From: Podarcis filfolensis
Lineage: Eukaryota
Length of the DNA: 64,000 nucleotides
Assembly: GCA_964270895.1 (NCBI GenBank)
Contig: OZ185441.1
Direction: 5' to 3' (one strand)
Both the position numbers and the translations under genes were made by a program. The stretch's first letter is position 1, and the number at the start of each line of letters is the position of its first letter. The notes beneath the pieces are model-generated. The model was not told where the DNA came from. It was given only the letters and a program-made list of their open reading frames with translations, and searched no databases. Of this stretch, positions 60,500 through 64,000 are shown piece by piece.

Positions 60500-62638
60500 A
60501 TAACTTGTGTGCATGAGCAGCATCAATTTCCTAATGAACTCCCATCCGGAAGATCCTAATTATTATGATTTTGGCTTTGAAAAAATATCAGATAACATAC
60601 AGATGATGAAGTGTTGTAAACTGGGCACTCTGAATTCACGTTTCCACATATCACTAACAGTTGTATGGTTTTAGTATCCATTATTTATAGCGGTTGCAGT
60701 CCACACCAATCAGGATTTGAAGATTCCAGTTTATAACCTTATTAAAAAATATGGCAGCAGAGCATAACTTGGCAGGCTCTAACTCGCAAACAGCTGAATT
60801 GCTTAATTTATCTACCTACCAAAGTAATCAAAACAAGCTGAGCGGAATGATTTTTAGTTATTCAAGAAGAAAAGATAAGGAAGCGCTGGTTATTTATAGA
60901 TTAAAGACCTGTGCTTTGTGAGGGAAAGTGAGGGCATAAACTCTTCTTCTGTTCCAATTTCTATATTTACAATGCAGTCCTATGTATTTCTATTCAGAAG
61001 CAAGTCCTGCTCAGTTTGATAGGCCTTGCTCCCAGGTAAAGATATAGGATTTCAGCCTTGTTGTTGTACATGTTCTACTCTTCTGAAACAGTTATTTCCA
61101 GAGATCTGCTTTGCTTAATCAAGTGCTTTTAAACCCGAGGGATGAACTATCCATCCCGAGTGCTTCTTTGATCACTACTTTTTAATTTTCACCTTCTAAG
61201 TGTAACAAATGGAAGGCTGGGATGAAGCACACAATTTATTTTCGCAAGACCCTCTAGATATTTTCTGTTTAGCCAAAGCAGAAAACAAAATTCCAGTTAT
61301 TTGTCAGAATCTGAGAAAGGGAAACGGAAAAGACGGGGTGGAGCGAGGGGGAAGCTTCAACTGCAGCAATAAGCCGACATCTAATTATAGTAGTGAGAAG
61401 GGAAGATCAATACTGCCTTGCTGTCTCTTGTTCTTTTTGCTCACAATGGCATTAGATTACCTCTCAAAGAAGAAGGGCTCTCCAGACATAGGATGGCTGC
61501 AAAATCAACATTTCATCTCTCACGGATTGATTCCAGGAATTCAGGCACCAGCCTAGAATTCTTCACTCTTCCTCCTTGCAAACTATCCCCATCTCCCCCT
61601 CCTCACTTTCATTTGAATACTACTGTACTCACTAATTTCCTTCCAGCCTGAAGTTTGCACCACTGCTTCACTTTAACTGCTCCTAATGAGGAGCTCCTGC
61701 TAAAATGACAAGAAAGCAGGGCTGGCGATGCCTAGCAGCTGGCTTCTTGGCAACTCCTCCAAGCAAGGGTCACAGGCAAACATCCCATCTGGCCAATGGA
61801 TCACATTGCCGCACATTCCCTGTTCAAGTCAGTCCACCTCTTCTGCACAACTGACATCAATGAATGGGAAGAGATCACAACCGGAGGGAGTTGGGTTTGT
61901 CATTAAAACAGAGCTGGGGAACCATTGGTTCTTCAGATGTTATTGAACTCCAGCTCCTATCAGCCCTGGCCAACACAGCCAATGGTGGGGGATTATAAAT
62001 AGTTCAGCAGCCTCTGGAGCAGCAAAGATTCCCCATTCATGTATTAAAAACAGTGGGATTATTGCATCTGCAAATGAAATAAGATACCTGGTAATTATCT
62101 CACCCAGAACCTGAATTCATTAGCTTAGATTTCCCCTTCCAATAGTAATTTTACTGTCTATTCGAAAATAATATTCTGTACATCTCCTAACAACTAGAAT
62201 GAAGCAGAAGGTACAGTGTACCTTGTGCTGACAGCAGAATGCGCATCCATATACATAAGGAAAGTGGCATTTGGGATTTAGAGCATGGCTGAGCTGAAAC
62301 GTGGGGGCATCTTCTTGAAAAGTACATTCTCCCTTTCTCCTGCAAAAGGGAGCCCTTGTTTCAGTTATCTCTGAGGGGGGGGGCTCACAAGCAGAGGTAA
62401 AAGTGTTCACCTCCTTTATTTAGAAGCAAATGCTACTATAAAGGAGGCCCCCGCAGTGTGATTCCCCCCCCCCCCCATCTTTTGAAAGCAGATTGCTTCC
62501 TCTAATGTAGCAACAATTACTTAAAAACACACCATGTGGAACACGTGGTGCTTGCCTGGCGTGATCCTTGCCTTCTTCTGGCAAAGCACTTAACGGGAGA
62601 AAGTGAGGATGCTGTAATGCTTCAGTGTGCTGGAAATA

Positions 62639-62864
62639 TAGTGATACCTCGGGTTACATACGCTTCAGGTTACAGACTCCGCTAACCCAGAAATAGTGCT
62701 TCAGGTTAAGAACTTTGCTTCAGGATGAGAACAGAAATTGTGCTCTGGCGGAGCGGCAGCAGCAGAAGGCCCCATTAGCTAAAGTGGTGCTTCAGGTTAA
62801 GAACAGTTCCAGGTTAAGTACGGACCTCCAGAACAAATTAAGTACTTAACCCTAGGTACCACTG
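62639..62864. mobile_element. Same MITE family
   Basis: Degenerate left TIR tagtgatacctcggg; right TIR ggtaccactg; TA flanks. Confidence 0.85.
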
Positions 62865-63877
62865 TAGTCTGCACCACTATGAAATCCCCACCCACTCCTT
62901 GGGTACCGTGTTTTGTCAAGCAGGGAGGGGGGAGGCAACACAAAGTAGGGATTCCCCCCCTTTAGGGGAACACTGCATGTCCCTTAAAATGATACCTGCT
63001 TGCTGTGAAAAACAATCCCAATGAAAATTCATTGTGACCCCAGATTAGAGGCTAATAGCACAAAATACCCACAACATCTGACGCAGGAACGTATGTGTGC
63101 TTCATGTTCAGCATTCAACTGTTGTCAGTGTAATAGAAAGTTTGTAAATCAGGGTGAGATAAGGCAGCATTGTCAGTGCACTACATTTTCATCAAGGCAC
63201 TTTGACAGGAAAATAATAGAACTGAAGCCCTGATTCAGTCAAAAGAATTATGGCTTAATTCTAGCCTCTGTTGTTTATCGACAATTCCATACATATCTAA
63301 AGAGAAGTGGATTGCAGTTTGGAATGTCAGGACTGAGCTCAATTTTCTTACAAGGAAATTCTCTTGATTTTAATATAATATGTGCAACGAACAACTGGAT
63401 CCTGTGTACATTTACTCAGAAGCAAGTAGGCTCAGTCTTAAAGGAAGGGTGCACTGAATTGCTTAATGTGCAGTAATGGACTATTCATTGACTGGCCAGG
63501 ATGAGATGAGATATTAAAAATCAGAACAGTTGTAGGCTCAAGGAGATCACATACAAGCTATGCATGATTATTTAGAAGTAAAATATATCAAGTTGAATTG
63601 TATTAACTCCAAAGTATATAGGATTCTATAGCATCAGAAACAAAGGCAGTCCTAAAATTGTACCCTCTAATTCTCCAGACTTTTCATATATATCATATAC
63701 ACTGGGCCATATTAACTATAGAAGAGTTGCATTAATGTGTGCTTGGAAAGCTCTATTTTTTAAAAATATCCATTTAAGTTACTTACTGTTGATGCCTTTA
63801 AAACAAATATACACATTCAGATGAGGATAAGCAATTCTCCTGAATGTTCAAACCACATCACATACATTAACTCAATA

Positions 63878-64000
63878 AAAAAGGTAAAGCTGTAAAGGAC
63901 CCCTGGACGGTTAAGTCCACTCAAAGGCGACTATGGTGCTCATCTCGCTTTCAGGCCAAGGGAGCCGGCATTTGTCCACAGACAGCTTTCCAGGTCATGT
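63878..64000 (-). mobile_element. Sauria SINE 3' part (runs off the window)
   Basis: aaaggtaaag tail plus the ggtgctcatctcgctt and gggagccggc body motifs. Confidence 0.8.

Noticed and set aside
60000-63870. Short ORFs in the right end of the window
   Set aside because: No motifs or consistent splice structure were seen; treated as intronic or intergenic.

Overview
This is vertebrate genomic DNA, inferred to be a squamate and probably a lacertid lizard, from Sauria SINEs, a Bov-B stub, and CR1, L2 and Penelope elements. I found no intact host gene. The main host feature is a decayed, minus-strand, multi-exon AKAP7-like gene (2H phosphoesterase family). Five exons are recognisable at 31135-32508, 28633-28768, 25767-25924, 24493-24605 and 15326 downward. 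Lesions include premature stops, a 1-nt deletion inside the first HxT catalytic motif, AT instead of GT at a donor position, and a Penelope insertion in an exon. Relative to canonical AKAP7 as I recall it, the gene has a greatly expanded repeat-containing exon and no detectable PKA-binding helix. Further phase-compatible exon remnants suggest it was a larger protein. Mobile DNA dominates the rest. There is a full-length Ty3/Gypsy (Mag-like) element at 7616-12566 with 2 LTR mismatches in 370 bp, a GATAT target-site duplication (TSD) and a tRNA-Ser primer-binding site (PBS), but its pol is frameshifted. There are also five solo LTRs, a young 5'-truncated CR1 with an open 681-aa RT frame, five Sauria SINEs, and many hAT and Tc1/pogo MITEs. 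The Penelope insert is a perfect 84-bp palindrome carrying a minimal hammerhead ribozyme motif on each strand. All calls were made by eye; none was checked against a database.
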